64,000 nt of DNA from the human T2T-CHM13v2.0 reference genome, Homo sapiens. Shown one piece after another: positions 30,021 to 44,464 of the stretch. How positions within the stretch are numbered: the first letter of the stretch is position 1; each line of letters opens with the position of its first letter. Under the pieces are notes generated by a model, which had not been told where the DNA came from, did not search any database, and saw nothing but the letters and a program-made list of their open reading frames with translations. The stretch is taken from NCBI RefSeq assembly GCF_009914755.1, contig NC_060938.1; one strand, 5' to 3'. The translations under genes were made by a program, and so were the position numbers.

Positions 30021-33000
30021 AAGAAGTGGTAAAATACAAGAAGTAATTAGGTAAGCCTTGCATATCAAGCAGAATGGTACCAATTTTCTCATTCTGCCCT
30101 ACTTTGCCCATGTCTCTTCCCGTGGAACCCAGGCCCTCTGGCACATATGAGAAAAACAATCCTTGTAATCAAACCAAATGTATGAAATACAAATTTAAAA
30201 CTCTCCCCAATTAAAAAAAAACAGAGTATAGTTATTGCAAAAAGATTTTGCCATCCACTGAAGGAGTCACTGTGCAATTGTTTTAAAGAGCAAGGGCTCT
30301 GGTTTATCTATAATAAGATTACATTTTCCCCTAATTTTTTATAATCACATTTGTTGTTTAAGGCATCTAAGAGAAAGAGAAAGTAGGAGGGTGGAGTCCC
30401 AGTGGCACCTTGGGCAATATCAGATGAAGTGTTTGGTTGAGACTGCAACTCTGAAAACTATGCTGAGTTCCACATCTGATCATAAGAAGTTGCCTCCCTT
30501 TTTTCCCCTGCAGCCCTGTCTCTCCTAGAACAGGCTTTGCCAAGGATGAAAAGCCTGAATGTCAAATCCTTTCTGTCTGCCCTGGCAGGGAAGCTGTTCT
30601 GTTTTCCAAGAAGCCTTTTTTTTTTTTTTTTTTTTTTTCACTTGGGGAATTTTTACTTTCCTCTTATGGGAAGTTGCTTCATCATTTCCCAAAAATATAC
30701 TGTACCTCCTGTTTAAACAGGGTGCCCTTGAAGAGCTCTGGAGCCTGAAGGGGGCTAGGGGTGTTGTGAAGTCCTTTGTTTCATGCTTTGATGTGAGCTG
30801 AAATGCAGGCTGTCTACAGGCAGAAGTCTCAGAGTTTGCCACGACTGGGGTCTGGAATGGGGTGTAGGAGGAGAGGCTCCCTGGGAAGCAAGAGCTGGGA
30901 TCTTTTTAAGCATTTAGTTTATATATGTTGTGAGAGGTAACAGCCCTTCCAGACACAGACACCATCAGGTATTTGTCTAGTGCCTTAAATATGTCCAGGA
31001 TGGTAAAGGTGGGCATTCTGCCCTTTTGAGGAGCTCATGAGGAGGACCATGTCACATTTAGAAATGGTGAACAAAATGGTATTTAACTACTAGATTGTGG
31101 AGACATAGATGCTTTTGTTTAGAGAGGAAGGATATTCCTGTAAAAGAGAGCACTAAGATTGGGCCTTGCATTATGGATTGGGTCTGAGTTGATGGAGGAA
31201 AAACTAGAGGATGTTGAGGGAGAGGGAAAGGAGAAATCTCTGAGAGGGGCCAGAAGGCTGAGCTGAGGCCATGATCATGGGTGAGTGAGGCCAGTGGGGG
31301 CTGCCTAGTTGGACTTGATGTTGGAGAAATGGAACAAGCCAAAGTGTGGAGACATGCATAGCCAGCAGAAGCATTTAGACTTGTAGAAAGTGGCAGCCTT
31401 TGGACGATTCTGAAAAGAAATCATCATGAGGAAAAATGTGTTTTGGGGGGAAGATTTGCATATGAGGATAAATTATAGTATGCCTCCAGGTGGGCTGCAG
31501 GAAGGAGCCCCAACTCTGTCCATGGTTTTTGGAAGGAGATCATGCTGTAAGATACTGGGAGGGGAAAATGGCCTGGTAGAAGTCTCTTTTTGTCTTGGGT
31601 GAGTGTGGTCCCATAGTGGTGCCTATGGCCCAGTGGCCTTCTGCAGTCCCCCTTGCAGGGCACAGCAGTTGGAGCCATCAGGTTGTTGCTGGCTGAGTAG
31701 GATCAGCTCTCAGGCACCACCCTAAGTAAAGCTTTGATCAGGCCCTGCTGCAGGTGGAAGTGATGTCTCCTAGCGGACCCAGTGGGGTCAAGCATAATGT
31801 GTAGCAGGTTTCAAGCCTCTGCTGGTCGTTGGAGAATGAGATTGGCCAGGAGATACTGTGCAGGTCCAAGTGACACCAGTCATTTCATGCCTAATCAGCA
31901 GTGAAAGTGCGGTTTCCTGAAACCTTTGCTGATATTGGGTGTTACTACCTTCCTTTGTGCCTTGGACCCCCTTAAAGATTTTAAATAAGAAATCTGATAT
32001 GTAAAATAAAGGAGGATCAGTCAAAAAGTGTTCTTAGTAGAATATGTATCTAGCAGTCACTCTTTGTGAAAAATGGAAATTGGGAAAATATTTTGAGAGA
32101 GATTCTATCAGTGGGGACAAGCAAGCATAAACATGTTATGCTTATCCCAAGATCTATTAATTTCCAGTAGAAGTAGGGAGAGTAAATTATTGCCAAGGGA
32201 GATACTGCCCAGTTTTCTTAATGGTCAGAAAATGAATGACAGTTTCAATTTCAGCTGCTGTCCCTGGGCTGGGCCTGCTGACTTGCCCCAAGTGCCTTGG
32301 CACAGACCGTGGTGTGGCCAGTGGAAACATCGTGTCTGTAGCCCCGTGAATGAGCAGTTCCTCTTTGGGGGTCAGCTCAGCATGTTGCCAGGCCAGGGGG
32401 CAGGTCAGGCCGAGGCTCCACTGTTAGCCTTGACTTCCCCTGCCAGGAGATGTGGGGCCATTATGGCAGAAGAGGAGCTAAGGAGAAACACCTAGCTTGG
32501 AGCCTTGAGTCTTCAACTTTCACCTCAAGTTACTCTCCTTAAAGACCAGCACTTTCTTTCCCACTTTTCTTGAAAGCCTCTAGGTCCCTGATCCTGTTTC
32601 AAACTGCTGGTATATAAACTGCTCATACCACTCTGAGTTATCACTTTGTTAGGGCTGAGTAGCAGGGTGGCCCTTAAACAGGCCTGACTTTCAGTGGCTC
32701 TGCCCACGTTTGCAGAAGTCACAGTGGGAAATTTTCACATTTTTCTCTGTCCTTCTAAGATGGGACAGTTGAGAGGACTCAGGAAGGGTTGAGGGAGAAA
32801 GCAGCAAGCCCAGAGTTCAGAATCGGTTGCCTTGCAGCTTGTCCTTTTGTGGTGGGTGATTTCACTTGGTTTTTCAAGTGAAAGGCTGCAAGTACAAATG
32901 GACTAGCCCTAAAGGACATTACCCACATGCATAGAGCCATGAGGCACATTGATTGTTTCCCATAGGCCACTTTGCTCCCCGTTGAGGAAGGAACCATTGT

Positions 33001-34163
33001 GCTACTAATATTATTCCACTGCAAGGTCTGGCTGGAGGCATCTGCAAAGACTCTTCAGGGCCCTGATTGCACATTTGACAAGTCTTTTCCATCAACAAAG
33101 CATAGAGTTCGGGGAAACCCAGGATGAGCTGTCATTCTGAGTAACAGGCTTGTGCAGGTGCTGACTAGCTTGACTTCCCTTGATTCAGTGCAAACCTTGG
33201 GACCCTGGAGGCAGTCCTGGTCTCTTAGTAAAATGCAGGTGTGTGTGTGTTGCTGAGTACCAGAGATTTTGGAGCCTCGATACTTTCCTCATTTGTATGT
33301 GGACCTACCTAAGAATATATTTTCTCTAGGTTCACCAAAGTGATTCCGGGCCTTTAGGGCCAGGAGAGTAAAGGGTCAAGAAATCTTAAATTTGCTAAAC
33401 CCGTGGTGGGGGAGTGAGAGGGTAGAAGTAGTGGGGATTCTGAAGCAACTCCAAGCAGTCTGCTTTTAAACATTTGTCATGGGAACAACCTGTACTCTGG
33501 TAAATTGTAAATTGACACCCCGATTGCCTTTGTGTAATGAATTTGGACTTTTGTGCAGCAGCTGAGAAAGAACCTCTTGAGCAGTCGTGAGGTGTGGCTG
33601 CCTGCCAGTCAGCAGCACACTCTGAGCAGCCTCGCCAGCTCCCTCTGTGCAGCCGCATGTGCTGCAGCGGTAACTTGCATTATCAGACCTTGATTTTGTA
33701 AGGATGAGTTGAAAATGGAAAAATGAAATGACTAATGGTAGTTGTAAGGGTAGGTCTTCTAAAGTTGATAGAATTGGAAGATTTTTAAATTCAATGAATG
33801 TGCCAGAAGTAAGAAATCTTTAGTGTCAGTTGAATACTCATTGACTTAAGTCAACAGCCCTGCTCAGTTGTGAAGAGAAAAAAACACACATAGCCAAAGA
33901 ATAATGTCTAAAATGCCCAGGTTATGTTGTCCAAGATTGTCTCTAAAAGGCAGGCTATAATTAGATATTTTATGATCTTTTTTGGCTTTCTGAGTTGACT
34001 TTCTTATAATATGTAAACCTATTGTTTGACTATGAGGGTCCTTGCTAGGGAAGTAGGGGGACTACCTGCAACAGGTTCTGGTGTAAGAGTCGTGCAAAAA
34101 CAAAGCCCTTTTTGTAAGTGTGAAAGGCCCTTCTAGAGCCGTGAGTATACATTATATTTTGAC

Positions 34164-34532
34164 TGTATTAGTCTGTTTTCACGCTGCTGATAAAGACATA
34201 CCCGAGACTGAGCAATTTACAAAAGAAAGAGATTTAATTGGACTTACATTTCCAGGTGGCCAAGAAAGCCTCCCAATCATGGTGGAAGGCAAGGAAAAGC
34301 AAGTTACATGTTACATGGATGACAGCAGGCAAAAAGAGAGCTTATGCAGAGAAATTCTCGTTTTTTAAAACCGTCAAATCTTGTGAGACCCATTCACTAT
34401 CATGAGAACAGCATGGGAAAGACCTGCGCCCATGATTCCAGTCATCTCCCACCAGGTTCCTCCCACAACATGTGGGAATTATGGGAGCTACAAGATGTGA
34501 TTTGGGTGGGGACACAGAGTCAAACCATATCA
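34164..34532 (-). mobile_element. THE1(C-like) MaLR solo LTR
   Basis: TG...CA termini (tgtattagtctgttttcacgctgctgataaagacatacccgagactg ... caaaccatatca). 5-bp TSD ttgac at 34159-34163 and 34533-34537. Confidence 0.9.
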
Positions 34533-34640
34533 TTGACCTAGTCTCTTCATGTATTAATTAATGCTTTTCCCCACATGTTGTACTCATTTATATGCTAATT
34601 TCTGCCATCTTTATTCTATTTAGATACATTTAGCCTATGA

Positions 34641-35077
34641 TTTTGTTTTATTTTATTTTGAGTCAGAGTCTTGCTTTGTTGCCCAGGCCGGAGTGCAGTG
34701 GTGCGAACTTGTCTTACTGCAACCTCCGCCTCCTGGGTTCAGGCGAGTCTCCTGCCTCAGCCTCCCGAGTAGCTGGGATTACAGGCACCCGCCACCACAC
34801 CTGGCTAATTTTTGTATTTTTAGTAGAGACAGGGTTTTACCATATTGGTCAGGCTGGTCTCGAACTCCTGACTTCAGATAATCTGCCTGCCTTGGTCTCC
34901 CGAAGTGCTGGGATTACAGGTGTGAGCCACTGCACCTGGCCTAATTTTTGTATTTCTAGTAGAGACGGGGTTTCGCCGTGTTGGCCAGGCTGTTCTCGAA
35001 CTCCTGACCTCAGGTGATCTGCCTGCCTCGGCCTCCCAAAGTGCTGGGATTACAGGCGTGAGCCACTGTGCCCGGCC
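34641..35077 (-). mobile_element. AluS-type element with an extra left monomer (trimer)
   Basis: Full dimer 34641-34940 plus a second left arm and linker 34941-35077. One TSD tagc(c/t)tatgatttt flanks the whole unit. Confidence 0.9.
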
Positions 35078-37338
35078 TAGCTTATGATTTTAAGCTGTCA
35101 GATGGGCTTTTATTTAAAAGACTGGCCTGCTCAAACATTGCTAGCCTTCTATAATATAAAACCCCAGGTTTGGGGAGTTAAGAGAAAACCACCAAAAAAT
35201 AAACCAGCTCTTAGACTGTGAACTTTCTCAAACTCTCTAGTTTCAATCCGTAACTGTGGGTAGGTAGAGTTGTTATGTATGTGCTTTAAACGACAAAGTT
35301 TTTAAGAAAAACTAACCAACATTCCACACTGGGGTACTATTATAATAGAGAAAAATCTCTCTAATTATAGCAGTATTGTGGGCTTCTCCCATGCCTGGCT
35401 GGCCACGACATGGAGTTGATAAGCATACAGTGTCTTTCGTACTTGCCGTTACAACTGTTAATTAAGAGAATTCAGCTGTGGCACCAGCTGGGGATGTCTG
35501 GCTTTGTGGAAGATTGCAATTAGATGCTTTTTTTTCTTTTTGTTTTTTTTCTTTTTTTTCCCTTTTCAACTTTGGTGGAATGCCTTTGAGTAGGGGCTTT
35601 TAGTCTCAGCAGTATAAATACTTTATAATGTGCCTAATTATGTAATTATACAGTTATACTCTTCTGTGTACACACACATTGTTTTATGAATTTGTATGCC
35701 CTTTTCTAATACATGAAACATCTAGCCTGCTTTTTGGTTGTTGTGGTAGAGCCAGACTCCTCTCTGCATTGGGCAGAAAGAAGAAGACTAGATGTATTTA
35801 CTGATTAGCTTCTGATTATGATCTGCCCTACTTCTGTTCCTCTTCCACCTCCCTCTTGACCCTCTATCTCCCAAATAATTAGCATCTTAGTAGCTACCTA
35901 GCAAAGTCAAGGTAATTTGAATAAAATTGGATTGTATAATACTCTTATCTTTCCATTAGTTTGCAAATGTAGTCCTTCAAAGTGTGTAGTGTTATTTTTC
36001 CCAGTCCTCTGTTCTAGGCAGTTATAGAGCATGAGCCTGGACGTGAGAGCTCATGCATGCATGCAGGCACAATGGGACCCATTGATTTCTGGCATTCAGC
36101 TTGTGCATAGAGGACCTGTGACCCCAGCTGTTAGAACCAGGACCTGGGAGCAGCTGCTTTCTGGATCCAGTCCTCCAGGGATAGGCCATCTGCTGCCATG
36201 TGAGAGAACCCTGGAAAAGAAACTGACCACAAGATATCTTTGTATTCCTTTTCTGTGTGCTCCAGCCCCTTTAGTTCTTTCCTGTCCCCTCTCACCTAGG
36301 CAAACTTGAGAAGCATGATGAATCTGCACTGGAAAACTCGCAATGGATTTTCCGTTTTCTTCCCCTTTCCCCACTCCACCCTGTCAGCACATCCAGCCCA
36401 TTGGAAAATAGTTTCCAGGGGATGTAGGCAGACTTATATGGGCAGCTTCTTCAGTGGGATTGGTACTATTTAGCAGGCTTTCATTTTATTATGAATAACA
36501 TGGCTTTGCATTATAGGCCTAGAAGTGTCCTTAAAATCTCATCTCATGGAAGAGGAACCCAAGATTCCACATTCTTTAGCCTTGCATTCAGGGCCTACCC
36601 TCTTCTGGCACCAGCCTGATTTTCTAAATGTTCAGTTATCTCCTGCTAAACCTGGAAACATTTGCTAACTTCTCCGTACACATACCACCTCTTCTTGATT
36701 CTCTGCCTTTGTTTGTGCCTTTATGTCCCCCACCATGTTCTTCCCACTCTCCTTTATCCCCGTCATAATCCTTTATCCCGTACTCATGATCCTACTTCCC
36801 GTGAAGTTGGAGCTCTGATACCATTTCTACAATCTTCTTTGGTCTCTTCCCCATTGGATTAATCCTTCTTCAGAACTTTCTGTAGCCCATATTGATTTCT
36901 AACATATATCTATTATAGTCGTTTATTAGAAAGCTCCTAGAGTGTAGGACCAATATCTTTTTATCTTTCCACCTGCCTACCTTCACCTGCCACAGTGCTT
37001 TTGGTACTTAGTAAAAACTTGTTGAAAAAATGAATGGCAGAATTAAGCTGAGGGAAGAGAAAAAAAGAATGAATGGGTAAATATAATCCTTACATGGATT
37101 CTGGAAGAGAAGCAGTAGATATTACTATTATTTTAATCTTGTTGGGGCTCCTTATCTGTATTCCCAAAGAGACTGAAGTCTCCTCAAGGGCACACCATGT
37201 GTATTATTTGCCCTTGAATTTCTAGCAGCAGCCTAACACATAGTGCTTAATAGAAATTTGTTAAATTAATGAAGGAATTTGTTAGGAAAGTGAAACCTGG
37301 AGAGAATAAGAATCAACACTTGTAAATACTTTTAAAAA

Positions 37339-37630
37339 TTTGTTTAATTTTTTGAGATGGAGTCTCGCTCTCACCAGGCTGGAGTGCAGTGGCATGATGT
37401 CCACTTACTGAAGCCTCCACCTCCTGGCTTCAAGCAATTCTCATGACAAGCCCTCCCGAGTAGCTGGAATTACAGGTGTGTGCCACGTTGCCTGGCTAAT
37501 TTTTGTATTTTTGGTGGATACAAGGTTTTACCATGTTGGCCAGGCTGATCTCGATCTCCTGGCCTCAAGTGATCCGCCTGTCTTGGTCTCCCAAAGTGCT
37601 GGGATTACAGGCCTAAGCCACCATGCCCGT
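37339..37630 (-). mobile_element. Alu (J/S-type)
   Basis: Diverged reverse dimer. Confidence 0.88.
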
Positions 37631-38722
37631 GTTTTTTTACTCTCTTTTGAGTGAAAGTTATTAGTTATTAAACCTGCTGTCTGGAGGACAAGAGATTAAA
37701 GGTATTTTCTGTACATCAATGTGGCATTTAGACATAGTTATCTACCAACATGCAGTGTGTGTGAGGCTGTCCGAGGCATTGTCTTCTGACTGGGCATCTC
37801 AGACTGGTCAGTCAAAAGTGGCTTGCGAGAGACTAGGGTCCAAAGAGCCAAAGAGGCCATGACAGGTGACAGGGGCATGGTCCTCACCCTGATAAATAAG
37901 CATGGTTGAGACTCTACTCCTGACTGTTAGCTAGTTTAGGCCCAAGTTTCACTATTTTGAGGTTGTTTTGTTTTACTAGAGCCAGACCAATATGTACACA
38001 GGCTAACATCAAAGGCCAGTCCTAGACCTTCAGGGCCAGGCATCCATCCTTCTTTGGACTTTGCAGCAGGCTTGAATGCATTCCTGTTGTTTTTAAAGAT
38101 CCTTAAAGAGGCTTAAATGTGGCTTCCTCAGAGAAAAGCATGTGGGAAGGATTCAAAGAGAAAGCTTGTAAGAGGAGCAGAGGGATCTTCCAGGAGCACG
38201 GTATGCTGAGCAAGATGCAAAAGTTCAAAGTAGTGAAGAAGAGAACTCCTAGGGGGATTTGACTCCTCACTGTCCAGAATCAGTTGGTGAAAGTTCCCCT
38301 CTGGAGAAGTGCAAAGGAAACCAAGAAGGCATGGCAAACTGCTTTTCCCGTGGTGGTCATTTGGGAGAAGGTGGTTTAAAATTTTGTGATTTAAGATTGT
38401 TCAAAACAGAGAATCTCATCCCGCACAAGATGAAGGAGGAAGAATATCCAGGTCAATGGACTTGGTAACTTCCGCTCCACCTGCCTGTGCACAGTGAATA
38501 CAGAGTTCCTTAGGCTTGTTGGTTTAGAGGCAATAGAGATGAGACTTGTGGCTTCGTCCAGCCTTCTCCCCCCGCACCAAAAAACCACACACCTTTTATT
38601 GTCTCTTTTGTATTTGTAGTCCCTGTCTCATGGTGGGACCCCACCCCCCAGAATGTACAGGGCTCACTTCATGGTATGCCTTAGACCCAGTCACATCTCT
38701 TTCTTCAGAAAAGACCATTCAG

Positions 38723-39038
38723 GGCTGGGTGCAGTGGCTCACATCTGTAATCCTACCTAGCACTTTGGGAGGTTGAAGCAGGTGCATCACCTGAGGTCAG
38801 GAGTTCAAGACCAGCCCAGGCAACATGGCGAAACCCTGTCCTTACTAAAAATACAAAAAATTAGCCGGACTTGGTGGTGTGCACCTGTAATCCCAGCTAC
38901 ACAAGAGGCTGAGGCATGAGAATTGCTTCAACCTGGGAGAAGGCAGAGGTTGCAGTGAGCCAAGACAAGATCGTGCCACTAGACACCAGCCTGGGCAACA
39001 GAGCAAAACTCTATCTCAAAACAACAGCGACAAAAAAC
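38723..39038 (+). mobile_element. AluS-type element
   Basis: Dimer. TSD core ccattcag. Confidence 0.9.
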
Positions 39039-39425
39039 CCATTCAGACCTCCACCCCTCAACTGCTGGTGTTTCTCAAAGACCTATGGTGTTTTGCTGAT
39101 TTGGGGCCATTGCCTCAGTGGATTTCTGTTACCATCCATAACTAGAGTTTACTGGTGTTTCCTTTCTTTCTTTGCGGTTGTCTAGGCCTTTGTGAGTAGC
39201 AGTGGCCTGTTGAGTGCCTAAGAGAATCAGCACACTACCTGACCCCCTGTTTGGGAGTATGTGGCAGAGGCTGTTTATTTCAGGCTTTGGCAGTGATAAC
39301 CCAGTGGCCCTGTGTGTTCTGGGCAGTGGCAGAAAGGTAGCCCTCTAATTCCAGGTCACATCCCCATTCTGCATTTAGTGACAACCTTCCTTTCACATAT
39401 CCGTCTTAGAAGTCTTGTGTTCTCA

Positions 39426-40098
<673 letters not shown>

Positions 40099-41934
40099 TT
40101 AGAATCCAGGTGACCTCAGTCCATTACTAAATTTTTCAGAGCCTCAGTTTTTTCTGAACAAATCAAGTTTTATACCACCTTCTTCCTAGGGTGGAAGAAT
40201 TTAATAGGATAACACTTTTAAAGTACCAGTGCAGTGCCTGGTGATAAATGTTAATTCTCTTCCTTACTTGTATCCTTTTGGCAACAGAGATCATTAAATT
40301 TGTTTTAAATTTGATTGTGTGTTTCTTGAGGCCCTGCTGTGTATGCCTGGGACTGTACTTGGCATTAGGAGTTACCATTAGCTGGTAGGATTGGAAATGA
40401 AACCACAATTTTGGCCTTTGTACCCAAGAGTCCAACCCTGTTTTAAACTCTAAGCCAGACTCCTAAGTCAGTTATCACCTGCTCATCAGCTTTCCTTCTG
40501 AGCTGCCGTAAACAGCCATCTGGGCCTTTCCTGAGAGGACCAGTCATCTCCTCTGGGAGATGAGGAATTCTGAGAGGGGAGAGCAAACACATATTTTAGC
40601 TCAGGTAGGTGATATGGTGAAGGAGATGAGAACAAGAAGTGACAATGGCTGATGAGGAAAAAATAAGCATTCTCTGCTTTTTCTTAAGCCTTTAACTGCC
40701 ACTGTCAAGGGAAACAGTAACACTTGCTAATACACGTGGAATAGCCTGGCTCCCTACCTCCATTGTCATCCCACCATCTGGAGGTGGAGGTAGGAGACAG
40801 CTGTGGGCTCTGCTCTATAGGTCACTGTACTGACCTATAGCAGTGGTAGTGGCTTTGGGCACTGAGTGGGCTAGCCCTGTACCTGGAGCAGCAGGATAAA
40901 GGAGAATGGTCCTCTGGCCTGCCCCTCCTTGTAGCAGTGGTAACAGTGGGAGGGGGAGGGGTTCCCAGCCCCAGCTGGCAGCCTGTTTCCCTGGGTCCCT
41001 GAGCTGCAAGAACAAGAGGAGGTGAAAGGGTAACAGGCCATATGGAGTCCATTTGTCAGCCAAGAGCAGCCTGGGCTGTATTGTCGAGAACGGGAAGTGA
41101 AAAAGGAGCCGGCTTATTACTGAACTGGAACAAGGAGAGAGCAAACAACACCCCCCAAAGTGCTTATCCTGCTCTGTTTTCTGCCTGCCCCCTCTCCAAA
41201 TATCCAGAAATTTCTGAAATAATCCTTTTTCTTTTTACCAAAGCCTTTGCCCATTCCAAAAATCAGAGATAAGGGTTTAGTTTGCTACATGAAAATTTAT
41301 CAGTGCCTAGTAATGTGCCAGGCATGATACAAGACCCTTTCAAGTATGCAGTTTTGTTAGTCTTCTAAAAAAACCTGTGGAGCTGGATATTGGCTGCTAA
41401 GGACTAAGGCTCAGAGGAGTTATGACAGTTGACAAGGCTGCAGAGCAGGCCCCTGGGTCAAACCCAGATTCATCTGTCTGACCCCCAAGACTATGCTCTT
41501 ACTCCATGTGGCTCTGGTCCTGTTAGGTAGGCAGTGTATTTTCACAGTTAGGTACCAATTTGGAGAATACAAATTGTACCCTGGAGAGGGATGCTCTTTG
41601 CCGTTGTCTGTTATTGACTCATCTCAAATCAAAAATCATTGTGGCTCATTGCAGTTGAAAACAAGACAGTGTTTTGAAATAAGGACAAAATTTTGCAAGT
41701 CACGTTGGTTTTCTACTAAGCATCTACTATCTCCTGGATTATTTGTCAGGTACTAGGGATACAAAATGAGCAGAACAAGTCTCTGCCCTATGGCTTAGAT
41801 GTGTGGGTTGGTGGTTATTGGGGAAATGGAGGAAGGACCAACCTGTGAGAAAACCTGCAGAGACTACAACATGGTGATAGGTTACAAATAGGAGTGAAGA
41901 TGATGTAATGGGAACCCAGAGGAGGAATAATAAA

Positions 41935-42150
41935 GCTGCTGTTATTGAACACTTAGTATGTGACAGACCCATTACCAGGTACTTTACCTGCATAGTTGTG
42001 ATTAACCTTTTGAATCCCCATGTTAAAAATGAGGAAACTGAGGAATAGGAAGATCTCCCCAGGACTACCCAGTGGGTAACTGTTGGAGCAGTGTGCAACC
42101 CTAGGCCGTGAAGTCTCAGCCCAAGCTGGTAAGCTCCACCCTGTGCTGCT
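41935..42150 (-). mobile_element. MIR SINE
   Basis: ttattgaacacttagtatgtg..aggtactttacctgcat...aatgaggaaactgagg...cccaggactacccag. Confidence 0.65.
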
Positions 42151-43317
42151 CATTGTTTCTCTCTGGCCATGCCTGGGAAGGTGGCCTTGGAACCTTGGAG
42201 ATGGGTGGGGTTCCAGCTGACTGCATGTGCTTTCAGTTCAGGGTTTCTAGGCTGGGAGAGAAACAGTACTTTTGACTGAATGACTAAGGACTTTAGAGGC
42301 TTAGGTGCCACTAAAAGCACTTTCTTTTATTGAACGCTGTGCCTCAAACATGAAAACTCCAGGTGACAGGAGTTTTTATGTTTGAGGCAGGGTGCAGTAA
42401 AAGAAAGTGCTTGTTGGCTCTGAGGCCTCTGGCTGGCATTTTCCCTCTCCTGTGAGGGGGAGGAAGTGAGGGGCCCAGGCCTAAAACAAGATGGACAGGT
42501 CCGAGGCCTGTCCCACCTGTCAGTTGCTGATCTTCTGAGGAGGGCTTAGGTTGAGCCTCTCTTAGGAAGGCAGTGGTGGGGGCCCGAGAAGAGCCACAGG
42601 AGGTATCCTGAGCCATGGGTGGTTTCTCCCTGTGTTCTCCCACCCCAGCTCTGGTGCCACACCCTGAAAAAGGCTTGAGCTACTGCAGGCTGGCTCTCCC
42701 CCAGTGAGTGGGAAGTTCTCATGAGAAAAGGGATCCTGACTGGACAATAGGCTTCCTGTCTGACTGCTAGGAAGATTTGTCTCATAGGAGAGGAAGGTTG
42801 CAAATGGCATGAGAAACCATCTCACTTCCCTCTCACTGCAGCCTGTTTTAGACTTGACTATTTGGCGGGATCGGGAAGCCAGAAGGCTGGGCAGAGCCAT
42901 GGACCAGAGCAGCCCCAGGTATCTCTTAAGTAGTGGGACTCCTGCCTGTTTTCCGGCTCTCACCACAAGTCCACAGCAGGAATCTGTCCCAATGCAGGAA
43001 TTTCTGCATGGACAGGATGATCTCTAGCCCCTCACACCTTGTGCTGTATCCAAAACCACAATGGTTGCAGGACTTTTGCGAAGGAACCTTGGAGAGGTAG
43101 TGAGGCCCGCCAACTTTAGACAAATTTGCAAATGTCAGAAGAGATCTCAGAGGTGATCTGGTTCATTGCCTTCATGTATTGAAACTGAGGCCCAGAGTCT
43201 ACGGGCAGTACCCAGTTTGTCCTTGTCACTGGACTCTGCCATCTGTGGCTCCCTTGACAGATTATGGGTGTGAGAGAAGCCTGACTCCGAGACCCTCTGA
43301 TACTGCCCAGTGCTGTG

Positions 43318-43526
43318 GAATGGGAATACAGCCTTCTGGGGTTCAAATCCTAACTGTGCCACCCACCTGCTGGGTGAAATTGAGCAAGTATCTCAACCCC
43401 TGGCTCATCTGTGTAATGCATTGTTATGTTTCTAGAGGGTTTTTTGTGAAACTTAAATGAGTTACATATGTAAAGTGCTCAGATAGTGCCTGGCCTGTAG
43501 TCAGTGAACACAAGCTGTTGTTATTA
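43318..43526 (+). mobile_element. MIR SINE
   Basis: ggttcaaatcctaactgtgccac...ttgagcaagtatctcaacc...ttaaatgagtta.atatgtaaagtgctcag.atagtgcctggc. Confidence 0.7.
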
Positions 43527-44464
43527 GGAGGCTTCAGAAGAAACCTTTTGACCATATCAGATGTCATCACTTGTTTTTTCTTCTTTGTATTTGTCTGGAA
43601 TGCTCTAATTCCAACTTGCCTGGGAGGCTTTCTTTAGGGGAATCACCTCCCCTTTGAAAAAGGCTGTTCATACTGGGTATAACTCTTTCTTTTATATGCT
43701 GTACGAAGTAGCTGGATGTCTCCAAAGCCATAGGCTGAGCACATCAAATGGGGAAATGAGCCACAAAACAGAACCTGGCAGGTTTCCTGATGCCCTGCCC
43801 CCCTCAGCAGGCCCCGGCTTAACTGAGTGGTCAGGCTTGCAGCTTAGAAGCCAGAGTTCCTGGTGAATCCAGCCCTGCCAATTACAAATGTGTGGCTTGA
43901 GGCAGATCACTCAACTCAGTTAAGCCTTATTGTCCTTATCTGTAAAGTGGAGAAAATATAGTACCTGCTTCATGTAGAGAGAGAACCCAGAAGAGTACTT
44001 GGCACAGGTAATAAACTATCTGTTTGCAATAATTACTGTTTTCCTTATTCCAAAACAAACAGAACTATACATTTAAACACCTTTGTTCTCTGTATTGACC
44101 TTGCTTTTTCTCTGGATCTCTTTGCTTCTACAAACCATTGAAGGCTAGAAGTAGAAATATAACCTTTATATATAAGAAAGGGTTTTGAGAGCAAGCACAT
44201 AAATAGTGCTTTTCTAAATAACTTTAAGAGACCCTTAGTGCTAAATGCCTCCTTCTTTCCACATCTTCAGCCTCACATTTCATGCCCTGTCGTGTGGTTC
44301 TGAACCTTTTCCACTGTTTTCAGATCCCCAGACCTGTCCTGACTGCTGGCCAAGGACTCCTTCACTGAGACTGTGCTGTCCACTACAATAGCCACTACTA
44401 GGTGGCTGCATGTGGTGACTGAGAACTTGAAATGTGTTTAGTCTGAGTTGAGGTGTGCTATAAG

